This document shows, piece by piece, positions 12,434-24,900 of a DNA stretch of 64,000 nt. The notes beneath the pieces were generated by a model. It made no database searches. It was given only the letters and a program-made list of their open reading frames with translations, and had not been told where the DNA came from. This DNA comes from Vicugna vicugna. Lineage: Eukaryota. Made by a program: the position numbers and the translations under genes. The DNA is taken from assembly GCA_013265495.1 (NCBI GenBank), contig MU058221.1, forward strand, positions 1,240,001-1,304,000. Direction: 5' to 3'. Positions within the stretch are counted from its first letter, which is position 1; the number at the start of each line of letters is the position of its first letter.

Positions 12434-15041
12434 AAATAGTCTTTGTCTTCCTATATTTAAAAAAAAAAACTTAGAAGAATCTATATATTTTAATGGTATT
12501 GGTGCAAATCAATTGAATAATTTATTTAGATTAATAAATATACCATACAATGGAGAAGAACACAAACTGAAAATTTGTTTCAAAAAGAGTCATGCTGCAT
12601 ATGTTTATAAAATAAGTTAAATTTCAAATTTATGGGACTTTTTCAAAGTCAGGCAAAAATAAAGCATTTAAATGTCAGCACAACACTTGTACTCAGTTAC
12701 ATCCCCATTCAAATGAAATCATATTTTTCTACTTTAACTTTAAATAGCAGTTAATTAATATGTTCTTACCGGAATTCAGAGTAAAATAAATTTGGGAACT
12801 GACATAATAAATGTGTAGATAAGTATCTTGGAAAAAAATCAATAAAATTCTTTGTGACAATAATGTTACCGCATTAAATTTACAGCAGCTGGTTAAACAA
12901 TACACGGCCTCCTCCACACTTCTGAGTTTTGCTCCAGGATCTTTTTTATAGACCGTATTATTTCATGGTAGAATTGTAAAGAGGCAGTTAAAATAATTTT
13001 TCTCAACATTCATTGCACCTTCAAGAAACGTTCTATTTTGAAGATTTCTCCAAATAATAGCTTACTTAAATATCTCAGAAAGTTTTTCTCTAGGGCACAT
13101 GTAGGTTTTCACCGTGGGTAATTCTAAAATAGAATGTTTTTACCCAAAAAGGGGGCCTCCCACAAGGAATGCTAACCTTTTAAAGATATAATCAAGATCA
13201 CACTTGGTATTGAAGAGTCGTTGAGCTTTGACATCTATTTTTAAATCATTCCTTTTTTTTTTCTGACTTCCTCAAAACATATACAATTTTTTTTTCCTCC
13301 TGGAGCTATTTTACCTTCTTAGTCATAGTTTTTCTTTTCAAGTTTCAAGATAATAAATTCTGTACCATTATTCTATAGTCATGGAACATTATAGCAAACA
13401 ACCTAATAAAACCCGTCATTACTGACAGGATAGCAATGCTGCAAACACGCCACTGTTACACTGTCCGGAATCCTCTCTAAGTGGACAAAAAGAGAAAAAT
13501 AGACTCAACTTCGGCACCCAGAAAACCTGTGGTTTACCTGACCTGCCAGTGTTGTAGCCTTGTGGCTGTCTAGGAGCAGCCTGACGGCTAAAGGAGCATC
13601 GAAGTTATGGTTCCTTTCTAGCAGATACATAATACCATATGTGTGTGTTTGCTTTTCAATGTCACGATTTATTATTCTTATTTGCTTATATTAATGACTT
13701 AATTTTATTTTTTATTTATCCCCACTCAATCTAATTGTTAGAAATACTGATAATCATATAAATTAAAATCACACATAATAGTATTGTGATGTGAAAAATT
13801 ATGTGGCCAATGGAGAGTGCTTAAAAGACAACCACAGCAAAAGCATTTATAGTTTGATTACCTAAAATAAAAACACACCAAGTGCTATATTTAAATTATA
13901 TGTGCATATAAAGCTAGTTCTAGTCCTTTGAGTTAGCTTATATATGCATATATAATTGCATATAGTGCACATTTTGTGTAGTCTATGCTCTAGGAATCGG
14001 CCTTAGGTGCATATAAATTATATATGTCATATATCCCTCCACACATAGGATATAGGAATGTGGTTTTGAAAACAGTCTAGAGCTCTATTAATTTAAATAT
14101 TGTCTTCACCTTGAATTTAAAACTGAACATTTTAAATTAACAAAATGCCTTTCTTAGGATATCATTTAATCATATGGAAATTAATTTGTAAAAACATTTC
14201 TCAATTGTTGATACAATTTTCATTATGTTTGTCTGTATACAGATCATTGAATATGTGTTTCGCTATTATTCCTAGATACAGAATTACTGAGTCAAAATTT
14301 GTACAAAATTTAAAAATATAAGCTATGCTTTGGGAAAGAAGGGATGTGAACTTCTAACAAAGAGCCTTAGCACAAAGAGGAATGAGTCAAAGGCGATGCA
14401 TAGATGTCTAGCTTAATTAACTTAATTATTAAGATTATTATCAGTGAATTAAATAATAGATGATAATACTGCAATAACTTTATCATAGATCAAATTATTA
14501 TCATTACTCACTCTGGCAACAAATACAGAAAAATTTCATTATACTGATTATATTATTATGGTCTCTGGAAAATGACCTACACGTTGATAAAGCAGTCATA
14601 TTTTAAAACATTTTTGAGGTTATACCAATCTAATTACGCAGTGTATCGGGGTAAGTGCTGTAAGATGTGACCCACTTCTTTTTGGATCTCATTCCTTCAG
14701 TTGCCAGGACGTTGGCTACTCACGGCTCAGAATCTAGGCTCTGCCTGGGAATTGCCTAACGGAGGTGCCTTACGTCTGTTTACAGAGATCCAACAGCATC
14801 GGCCGACCTCCAGTGACTAGTCTCTACGGCAGCTCTAAGACTCGGCTGATGCCTCAGTGGGAAGGGTGTGTGCGAGTGTCAGAGCTCGACAGAGACTCAT
14901 TTGAGGTTGATCAGTTCTCCCCCTTCTCAGCCCTGCTTTGTTGTTCGTTCACAGCTGTTTATAGGAGCATGCTCAACTTCCAGTATGTGAATATATTTCT
15001 CATGCTTTCCCAGGGAATTTGGCTAAAATAACTCAGATACA

Positions 15042-15201
15042 GGGAGAGGGTATAACTCAGTGGTAGAATGTGTGCTTAGCAAGCACAAGGTCCTGGGTTC
15101 AAACCCAAGTACTTCTATTAAAAAATAAGGAAGGAAGGAAGGAACAAAAGGGAGCAAGTTAATTGCCTGCCCCGCCCCCCAAAAAAGAAAAAATGAAGTG
15201 T
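15042..15201 (+). mobile_element. tRNA-derived SINE, camelid Vic-1 type
   Basis: A-box 'taactcagtgg', B-box 'ggttcaaacc', A-rich spacer, C-tract and A-tail. 18-bp TSD taaaataa(c/t)tcagataca at 15024-15041 and 15202-15219. Confidence 0.9.
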
Positions 15202-15441
15202 TAAAATAATTCAGATACATTTCTGCCTCTACCAAAATATTTCCACTTTGCTTTTTGCTTTTTTTTTTGCAAACTACATTGAATTATATTCTGAAGTTGT
15301 GTGTGCATGTGCATGTTCATATATGTACATGTGTGTACGTTGTATGTATTGTACTTCAAGTAGAAAGGCCTTTTATCTCTGACTAATCCAGGTACGTTGT
15401 CACCAGATGATATTTCCACATTACTTGTATCCTTACTGTTA

Positions 15442-16197
15442 TTTTTTATTTTTTTATGTTATGTATTTTATTTTATTTTATATATAAACATTTTAATTGA
15501 GATAGAGTCATTTTACAATGTTGTATCAAATTCCAGTGTAGAGCACAATTTTTCAGTTATACATGAACATACATATATTCATTGTCACATTTTCTTTCTC
15601 TGTGAGCTACCACAAGATCTTGTATATATTTCCCTGTGCTACACAGTACAATCTTGTTTATCTATTCTACATTTTGGAATCCCAGTCCCTTCCCACCCCC
15701 CATCCCCCTGGCAAACACAGGTTTGTATTCTATGTCTGTGAGTCTGTTTCTGTTTTGTAATTTTGTATTTTTTGTTTTGTTTTTTTTTAGATTCCGCATA
15801 TGAGTGATCTCATATGGTATTTTTCTTTTTCTGGATTACTTCACTTAGAATGACATTCTCCAGGAGCATCCATGTTGCTACAAATGGCATTATGTTGTCT
15901 TGTCAGTGGGATTCCTGGGTCAAATGGTAAGTCTGTTCCTAGTCTTTTGAGGAATCTCCACACTGTTTTCCACAGTGGCTGCACCAAACTGCATTCCCAC
16001 CAGCAGTGTAGGAGGGTTCCCCTTTCTCCACAGCCTCTCCAGCATTTTTCATTTGTGGACTTTTGAATGATGGCCATTCTGACTGGTGTGAGGTGATATC
16101 TCATTGTAGTTTTGATTTGCATTTCTCTGATAATTAGTGATATTGAGCATTTTTTCTGTGCCTATTGATCATTTGTATTTCTTCCTTGGAGAATTGC
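15442..16197 (-). mobile_element. Relatively young 5'-truncated L1 (ORF2 C-terminus, 3'UTR, poly-A tail) with an internal deletion
   Basis: ORF 15841..16122 ([19 protein letters not shown]...[20 protein letters not shown]) is the L1 ORF2 Cys-rich C-terminus. T-rich tail at the left end. 16-bp TSD tgtatccttactgtta (15426-15441) and tgtaaccttactttta (16198-16213). Confidence 0.95.
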
Positions 16198-17619
16198 TGT
16201 AACCTTACTTTTAATGTGTTGACTTTCATTAAGGCATGTGAGAAGAATTTTCAAAATGCTCTAAATATTATTCATCTTCATATTTCTTTCCTGTTAATTT
16301 GTGTTTGATCAAATGTGGTTATTTTTCTTACCCATAAAATATATTAGCCTTTTAATGATGCAAATAACTGATGTTTTGATAAACATTACAAAGCATTGAA
16401 AGTAAAAAGTAAAATAGAATTAGAAAAGTTTAAGATAAATCTTAAAACTGTTGACTTAATAGAGACACTATGCTTTATTAAATAGAAAAAAAAATGGAGG
16501 AATGTCTAAATGCTACTTTTTTCTTCATACTGTTTTATATCATATTGTGTGATATTTTAAGGGTTTTTAGGTCTCTCTGGGAAGGTGCCTTTAAATAATG
16601 GATATATAATTTATTAAACATATAAACTTTTTCTCCTTTAAAAATGTTATCTCCATATTTAGCTATAAATGTCATAAAGTTTAATTCTTAAAACCAGTCT
16701 CATGAGAATGGCATTTATTTCTGCATGACAATTTTCAAGACTACAAACACATCAATTTGTTCAAAATTATGATGAACAAGAAATCATACAAAATGCAAAT
16801 TGTTATTAGAATATTCATTTGAAATAGACTTATTAGTAATCTTAACACTACATGAGTATTCAAAATTCCAATACTGTAATTAAATTAGCACTGTTTATGC
16901 TTTTGGTATTTAAAGTCTGAAATTGCAAGCAATAACCATAAAATAAAGTAATAAATAATGATAATAACTAATTACCCACAGAAATGGAATGAAACCATAG
17001 TAATAATTACAGCTTTTATTGACAACAGCTCCTTTATAGCACTCCAAATGACTGCATAATTCTACAAAGATTATTTTTATTACCCACAAAACTTTTGGTT
17101 TCACCCATTAAATAAAGCAAGCAGTCAGTTTTGCCTCTACTTACAAGAAAGCAGTATCTTTTGTTCATTTCTGTTTGTAAACCATCCATGAAGCAGTACC
17201 CATTCCCACATTTTATGGCCTGCATCAAAGATTACAGATGATAAAATAATTTAAGACCATTTCAAATGCATTATTTGAAGATTTTTCCAAAATAAATGCA
17301 TTACTAAGAGCACAATTTTGACTCATTAACCTACAGAAAACAATCATCAAATACAGACATACCTACACACACACATTTTTCCCATTTATCCCTTCTCAGC
17401 TACTGCCTGTGTTTCATTAATTCTGGAAAACCAATGGTTAAGATTACACAAACGTCCTAGAGTTTAGGACGGTATGAAATAAAACCGCTTGAATATGTGA
17501 TTTTGATGTTACCTGATTAATGAAGAGCTCTAGATGAATCATAATGAACAGTTTTCTGTTCATAGAGGCAGAGAGGAAGTGTTGGTGGAATCTAAAATTT
17601 AAAATGGATGAAAATTAAA

Positions 17620-18650
17620 TAAAAATATGATTCCTGATGGATCATGTATATAAATACAAAAAGCAAAATAATGATACTTCCAGAAAAAAAACAGAAGAAA
17701 ATACCTTTATTTTCTCAGAGTTGGCAGTGATTTCTTAAAGAAAAATATAAAAATCATTGACTACAAAGGAAAAATTATGACTTAATTAGATTATAACAAA
17801 ATAAGTGTGTTCTTCAAAACACAATTTTAAAAGAATGAAATCAAGGCACATAGTGGGATATACTTACCAAAGATATAAACATTAAAGTCCCCGTCCCTTA
17901 TGTGAAACGGTGTGTTTTCGTAGATTATGTTTATTTCATTAAAAAACAACATGGTAGAAAAATCAGCAAGAGAATTGAGCAACAACACATCTCTCTGAAG
18001 TGGTAAAAATGATATACATGGATATTCTTAGGGCTAGCAAGGAAATAAAGAAATAGGTGCTCACAATTGCTCTACATCATCAATTAATGTTGAAAAGATA
18101 CATGTCTTTTGATCTTGTAATTCCTCTCCCAAGAATAAACTCCAAAGAATTGCGTGCCAATAGATAGGAAGACGCTGTCCATGGCAGTATTTTTCATGAA
18201 AGCTCTAAACTGCAATGATGAACAAACATACTAAATAAAAAAATTAAAACTCCAGGTCCATTTACAGTGGAATTCATAAAAACATCAGATACATTCATAA
18301 AATGGGGTAATATACTACACCGAAATGAATGACTTGAAGCTACATGTAACACACGGATCAATCTCACACTCATTTAGTTTTGATTAAAAAAGCCTAGAGA
18401 CAACACTGTGTGACTCTGTCAGTACAAAGTTAAAAACATACATATTTTAAAACAGCAAAGAGTGTTTTTAGAGGTCAGGGCAGTTTTACCCCTCATGAGG
18501 AGGGAGGGTCCAGTGATCCAGCAGCAACATCAGGAGACTTTTTATTCTGGTAATTTCTGGACCTGGATGGTGTCTTACTAGTACTCACTTTGGGTAACCT
18601 TTCGAATGAGCCCTTACAGTAGCTGGTGCCTTTCTCTGTGACATTTTTAA
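17620..18650 (+). mobile_element. Ancient L1 (L1ME-like) ORF2 and 3' fragments
   Basis: A-rich decayed L1 motifs ('atgtctttt...gatcttgtaattcctctcccaagaataaactccaaagaa', 'gctacatgtaacacacggatcaatctcac'). Confidence 0.55.
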
Positions 18651-18662
18651 AACTATCAGCTG

Positions 18663-18668
18663 TCTATC

Positions 18669-18729
<61 letters not shown>

Positions 18730-18820
18730 CCTACCTACCTACCTACCTATCTAATCTATCTAACTTACCTATCTCTATCTATCTATGTATCTGTTATCTA
18801 TCTTATCCATCATCTATCTA
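18663..18820. repeat. Compound (TCTA)n(CCTA)n microsatellite
   Basis: A long perfect TCTA run followed by CCTA units and degenerate TCTA. Confidence 0.95.
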
Positions 18821-19441
18821 GATTATGTGGTTATATACTGAAACTTATGCTCTACAAATGCCTTATTTTGTGACATGAAAAATGACAACAGAACTGTTTT
18901 ATATTAGCCTCTAATATTCAATAAAATCCAACAGCAGAAATTGTATAGATTCTATATGCCAATGAGGATGATACACCATTTGAAATTCATAGCAAAAGTA
19001 TACATTCAAAATGTATTATATTGACCAAAAAACTTCATGACTAGAAAATGTCTTCAGTGTAAAACTGAAAGCTATCTTCCATTATCAAAATTAGATAAAA
19101 ATTTCTAAGAAACTAATTCAAAGACAATTTTTGGAGGAAATACATAAAAATGTAAATTAACATATATTATCCTTTGTAAATGCAACTTTGAAATATAATT
19201 TTTAAATTATCAACTTTTTTCATCATTCATGGATATGCATTCAACAGTGCATCACAGCCTTTGCTATGGTAACAAACATTGATGGTACAAAGGTTTCCCA
19301 CCAATGGAGAAATTAATTAATTATGTTGTATCTGTACAGGGAACATTCTGCAGTTGATGAAAGACATGAGCTAGCTCTTTGAAGCTGACTTTGGAGGGTT
19401 GCCTCTGTGTCATTAAGTGAGGGAAAAAAAAGTGCCAAGTA

Positions 19442-19861
19442 TGTAACCGAGGAGAACAAATCTGACTCCATATTAGATCTGTTCCTTTAGCTTTAACTGC
19501 TGTGCCCTGTTTCCTAGGCTTAGTCTTGCTCGCTCTGCACTCACCTGAAGAGAACAAAGTTGCAGAACAGAGAATAACATTTGTTTTGTTGGAGGTTTTG
19601 CAGGAGCACCATAAGCTGGCCCACGTGGACAGCTGCAGGAGCAAAGAATTCCTGCAGCAGGAAGTTTGCAACGACCAACCACACCCCCTCCCCTTTTTAG
19701 TATAAAGGGAGCCTCATTTCTGACTTGGGGAAGACGGTTCTCCAGGACATTAGTCTGCCATCCTCTCGGTCGGCCGGCTTTTTGAATAAAGTCACTATTC
19801 CTTGCCCCAACACCTCGTCTCCGCATTCGCTGGCCTGTTGTACAGTTTGGACTCGGTAACA
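19442..19861 (+). mobile_element. ERV1 solo LTR, MER41-like cetartiodactyl family, copy B
   Basis: TG...CA ends (tgtaaccgag...cggtaaca) with a perfect 4-bp TSD, agta (19438-19441 and 19862-19865). TATA-like 'gtataaaggg' and AATAAA at ~19785. Confidence 0.9.
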
Positions 19862-20862
19862 AGTATACATGAGGTGGTTTTAATGAAATAAGGAATAAAA
19901 GCTCTATGGATAAGAAAATTATGTTAGTTCTATATGGAAATGTTGACGCATATATTGGCATATGAATCGTGCCTGCAAAGATGGCTGACAAAGTGATGGT
20001 GGGAGTTGGGGTGAGTTTTGTATTTTCATTTTGCTTTAATACACCACTCTAATTTTTCAATGGAAATATTTATATGATCAATTAAAGTATAATGGAGGTG
20101 TTCTGTTACAAAAGCATTCAGTTACAAGCTAGAAAATTATTTTACTGTATACAGCATTTAAATTATATAGAATGTAAACTAAGCTATCTTTGTATCTTTT
20201 ATTTTTCTCTATTTGCGCTTTCCCTACATTTTTGACCCTCATGGGGTTTTTTTCCTCTCTTTTTTTGCACAGCTCAATTGTACATTTAAAGAGGTTTTTA
20301 CACATTTTCCAAGTTTCTTCACAATATTTACTCTTCCTGTTTTCAGGTATAGGGGTAAATAAATTATATTTTTAGTAAGCATTTTGAATTAATGGGTTTT
20401 AAAAATGTATACAATTTCCTTGTAGAATAATTTGACTTTTTAAAATATAATTTATTTATGGTAAACCTTGAAGGAAAAAGAAATAACAATTATGGCACAC
20501 TTAAAGACCTTTGGGATTAGATAGATTAAATAAAACACTGTCTCTTTTCCCTAGGTAGGAAGTTGTTTGAATTTTGTCTGCAAAGTCAAATGTCACTTTT
20601 GCACTGGCATGCAAAACTAGGAAATCTTTTATTGTGGGTCTTTTCTGCTTGGAAGAGCTTATCTCCCACTGAATCAGCTAACAAGTACTTGATCATTTTT
20701 ATGTCACTCATTTTTAAACTATAATTCCTGGCACAACATAGAACTGAGAGATTGATGATACAGGGATATGTCCATCTGCAATTCTAGCAGGTTTTGATTT
20801 TATTCTTTCTTCTATCATATATTGATGATACAATATTTTTTCATGACTTGAATCGTCTATCT

Positions 20863-21079
20863 CAGTGGTTCTCAACCATGGACAATTTTGCTCCCCAGGA
20901 GACACTTGGCAATACCTAGAGACATTTTTTATTATCACAGTTGGAGAGAGGAGGGTGCTACTGGCAGTAGATCGAGGTCAGGGTTACTGCTAAGCATCTT
21001 ACAATGCAAAGGACAGTTTCATTTCCAGCAAAGAATTATGGAAACCAAATATCAATGGGGTCAAAGTTGAGAAACCCTG
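20863..21079 (+). mobile_element. MER20 (hAT-Charlie non-autonomous DNA transposon), near full length
   Basis: Terminal inverted repeats cagtggttctcaac / gttgagaaaccctg, about 217 bp, with MER20-type internal sequence. Imperfect 8-bp TSD gtctatct / atctatat. Confidence 0.9.
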
Positions 21080-21239
21080 ATCTATATCCTAACTTTGTAT
21101 TATTTTATTCAGCATCAAATTAGCAAAAACATACGACATCTGCTCTACTTGAATCTATAAATTTATCTTTGTAGGAAATAGTTGCCTGTAATAAATTTTT
21201 GCAATGGCAATTAGTATTTCTAACAGGCATCTTGTTTTG

Positions 21240-21435
21240 TATCATGTGCCAAACACCATGGTTCGCGTTATACAGTGTGGAATTTTGTAGTAGCATTAAT
21301 AGTGTGTCTGGGAGTACCATTGTCAACTTTTTAAAAGAGGAACAAATGAAGATTCAAATGCATTAGGTAAGTTTCCCATATAACAGAGATATTAAATGGA
21401 AATGTGGAACTCACTGCTCAAAAATTTGACTCCAG
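21240..21435 (-). mobile_element. MIR SINE fragment
   Basis: 'atgtgccaaacac...aaatgaagattcaaatgcattaggtaagtttccca...tttgactcca' follows the MIR layout. Confidence 0.5.
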
Positions 21436-22699
21436 CATCAGTACGAATTTGTTCACAGTGAAGGAAAAATTAGACTCAAGAGTTTGTATCTTATGCATTC
21501 CATGTGCTGTATGTGGGGCAGAAATTATCAAGGAATTTAATAGAAACCTGTTTTCTGGATGTGCCTTAGCTCATTTCTCTGCGCTATGAAGACAAGCTTT
21601 GTCTAACGTGCGAGAATCCCCAGACACCGCAGACAACTACCCAGGAGACTGCTGGACGGATTAGGCAATTAAAAGTTTAGCGAGTTAGCGGTAGGATTTG
21701 TGGAGTGGTAAAATCTACATTTTACAGTAAGAGAACACACATATTTCCACCTCCTGTGCCCTCTCAGCCCTCCTGCCAGTGCTCACAGTCCTGTCCCTGC
21801 TCATGGGCTCTGACACGACTGCCTTTTATTTTAGGCACCTTGTCATTAAATTATTTCTTTAATAGAGCAGTCTAACATTTCATTAAATTTTAATTTTATT
21901 AAAACACAGTTTTAAATATTGCATTTCTGTGCATTAATTTCTGTGATTTTTAACAGAGCACATTCTTTTCCATCCTCGTGTTCTTACAATAAATTATCGC
22001 TACTGTTCTTCGGCTTTTTCTTGATGTCTCAGAACTGCTCAAAATGGTAAACACTGATGAACTTCCTATGAAACGGTGACGCTCTTCCCCCAGATGGCTT
22101 AACAGCTCACGGTTCAGTCCTTCACGTTTACCTTACGTATCCTCTTACCCAGTTTTACGCTTCGTATAGGATTTATTGGCCCTTGATACCATATTCTCTC
22201 AAAATGAGAATGCTAGGTAACGGAGAGCAGAGTCTTGACTCTCTTAGTAGGAGTTCCTAGACAAGCCCGCGTATAGGACCCCCTCGGTAAATGTTTGTTA
22301 GAGAATGAACGGAAGAGGTAGTCACACCCAACACTGCCAACCCTGCCTTCAGACATCCCACACTGAGTGAACAATGTGCCCCATAGTAGCGTCCCTAAGA
22401 GCTTGGCGTTTCTCTTTATTGGTACCATGTGAGACTCTCTGAGGGTAGTTAGCGCTCTTCGTGCTGTATCTGCTGTTTCCTAGCATCTAGTGTCGTACAG
22501 GAAATATGAAACCAAATGAACTCTAAGTAAATGTCAACTAATTAAGATGAATGCATTCGCTTTATAACATTCTCCCTGTGTATATAATTTTCTATTAACA
22601 TTTTGATAATTGTTTCATTGAAATTTTAAGTATTTCAATGTATTTATTTAAAATTTATGCAAGAAGTGATCTGTAGCCATTATTAGATTCCCGTTGGGT

Positions 22700-24900
22700 C
22701 CACACAAATAAAAGTTTAACAATCTCTGATCAGGGCTTTATGCCCCAGACATAAAATTGCTAGTTCACTGGGGATGAGCATCTTCAACTTTAGTAGATAA
22801 TGAACAAATATTTTCTGCAGTTCTCTGACCAGTGTGTCTTCCCAGAGGCAGGATGTGAAGTTGATCATTGCCACACATCCTCAGCTTCACTTCATTTCAC
22901 AGATGTTGAAAACGTTGTCAGTCTGATGGTTGTTTGACTTTCATTTGCGTTTCTTGATTCCACTGAGTTTTCAAATCTTTCCAAATATTTTATTTTCTAG
23001 TTAAAATTATCTTTTATGAAGTGTTGTTCAAATGTTTTCCTCATTATGCTATTTATTTGCTGTTATATTTATCTGTAAGCTTTCATTTAACAGTATTTTG
23101 CCATTAATTTGTACATACAATATTGCAGTCAAATACATACATTGACAATACTGTCTACTATTTCACGGCTGAATTTTTAATTCTACTGTATGGCTTAACT
23201 CAGCTTAAATATCACATTTATTAATAATTTAAAAAATTATTTTCTTCCTTATACTTTTCTAGTGTTATCCTCTTGTTTGTGCTAACATTTCAGATGAATA
23301 TTTATCTCATTAATATTCAAGCATTCCTCTCTTTAATAATGTCAGAACTTTGCTATTAAGTACCATGGTGATCATTTAATTATCCTTTGGTTTCATGTTT
23401 TTATTATTGTCTTTAATTCAAAGATAATTTAAGATTTTTTCTTAATTTCCAAACATATGTAGATTCTCTGGTTTATTCTTGGTATCTGACTAATTATGGT
23501 AAGATTAACATGCTATTTATATCTTAGCATATGCTCAATATTGGAAGATTCCATGTGTGCTTGAAGAAAACGTACCCACTATATTACTAAGCAGATTCTT
23601 CTATAAATGTCTATTTATTTTTAAAATCTCGTGATCTCCCGAATTCTTTCACTTACTTTCTTTCTCACACTGTATTGTCCACTGCCATTAATTAAAGTCT
23701 CTGCTTATGAATGTGGATTTACTAAATTCTTTTGATAATTTTTATTTTTATATTTATTAAAGCCAAATTCCAGATGTATAAAGCTACGTATTTCTTGTAA
23801 AGTAACGGTTAAACACTATGTAATAAATTTGTTTAATGTCTAGCAATGCTTTGTCAGTTTTTTTTCTGATATTATTGTAGACATGCAAGCTCTCCTTGCT
23901 TAGCATTTGTGTGCTTGATATTTTACAACCATTAATTTTATATTTTTTATTCTTTTGATTAAGTCTTTGATTTATAAATAGTCTGAATTTTAAATAAAAA
24001 AGAAAATTCATTCCAAAAGTCTACTTTGTTTCCACTTAGGTATTTGTTCCATATAGAATTAATGTAATAATTGGCATGTTTCAGTTAAGTCTGTTTCATC
24101 TGCTCATTGTATTTTCCCTACTTTATTCATGTTATTTATTACAGTTATTTTAAATTTGAATTTTATTTTTTAAGCATGTCAAACTTTATTATTTCAAAAT
24201 ATGTGTTTAATAATTCCTTCATCTGAGGCATTTGTGTGTCTGCTACTTTTGCACCTAATTGTCTTCAATGTCATGATTCTTGTGTCATTTTGTGGGGCAC
24301 TCCTCAAGACCAAACATGAATATCATTTTTTTTTCAGGGAGATTGTCATTAGCATCTGCAAGTTATCAAAGCCTTTGGAAGTCAGAGACTATCTTAAATG
24401 ACAATGCATTATCGTGTTGAAAATTCTAGCTACAAAAATAAAAACCAAAAAAATCAATGAGACCGCTGACTTTCAGCTGCAGTTTTCCGGGATTTTCGTT
24501 GTCTTTGTTCCTTTTTTTTGATCTTCTCCACTCTTGCTGTCTCTGGGAAGTAGAGAGTATCATTGGGAAGAAGTGGGTTTCTTTTCTAAATTTTTATCCT
24601 AATTTTGTGATCCTTTGGGTTCACAGTTTATTAGAGATGGGTCTCCTATAATGGGTGGAACTTGAACCTAACGTTTCATGTCCTTTCCCCTCAAGCTCAC
24701 TGGCTTAAAGCCACATTTTGCTTTGACCTTAAAATTTCCTCAGGGCAGAAGTTATTTTGGAGGTTTTTTTTGGTCTCTCTAGATTCTCACATCTTCCCAA
24801 ATTTAGTTAGGCATTATCTGCTCTCTCCTCAACATTTTAACACTCTTAAGAAATTAGAAAAGAGACTACAAGATTTAAAAACTGTTTTTAGCTGGAAATT
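22700..24900 (-). mobile_element. Patchwork of ancient L1 fragments
   Basis: T-rich decayed L1 motifs ('ccacacatcctcagcttcactt', 'ttccatgtgtgcttgaagaaaacgta', 'gaatgtggatttactaaattctttt'). Boundaries are uncertain. Confidence 0.45.

Noticed and set aside
14651..14700. GTAAGT donor and pyrimidine-rich CAG acceptor
   Set aside because: They are only 50 nt apart, below the usual mammalian minimum intron size, and there is no coding context.
15042..15115. tRNA-like sequence with A and B boxes (also at 33730-33803, minus strand)
   Set aside because: Both have SINE tails and long TSDs, so they are SINE heads and not tRNA genes.
11945..19861. Possible full provirus bounded by two related LTRs
   Set aside because: There is no primer-binding site or gag/pol/env sequence between them, the LTRs differ in length, and the second has its own TSD.
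19321..19991. ORFs of 116 aa and 172 aa
   Set aside because: They are antisense chance frames running through a solo LTR and its flanks, with no recognisable domain.
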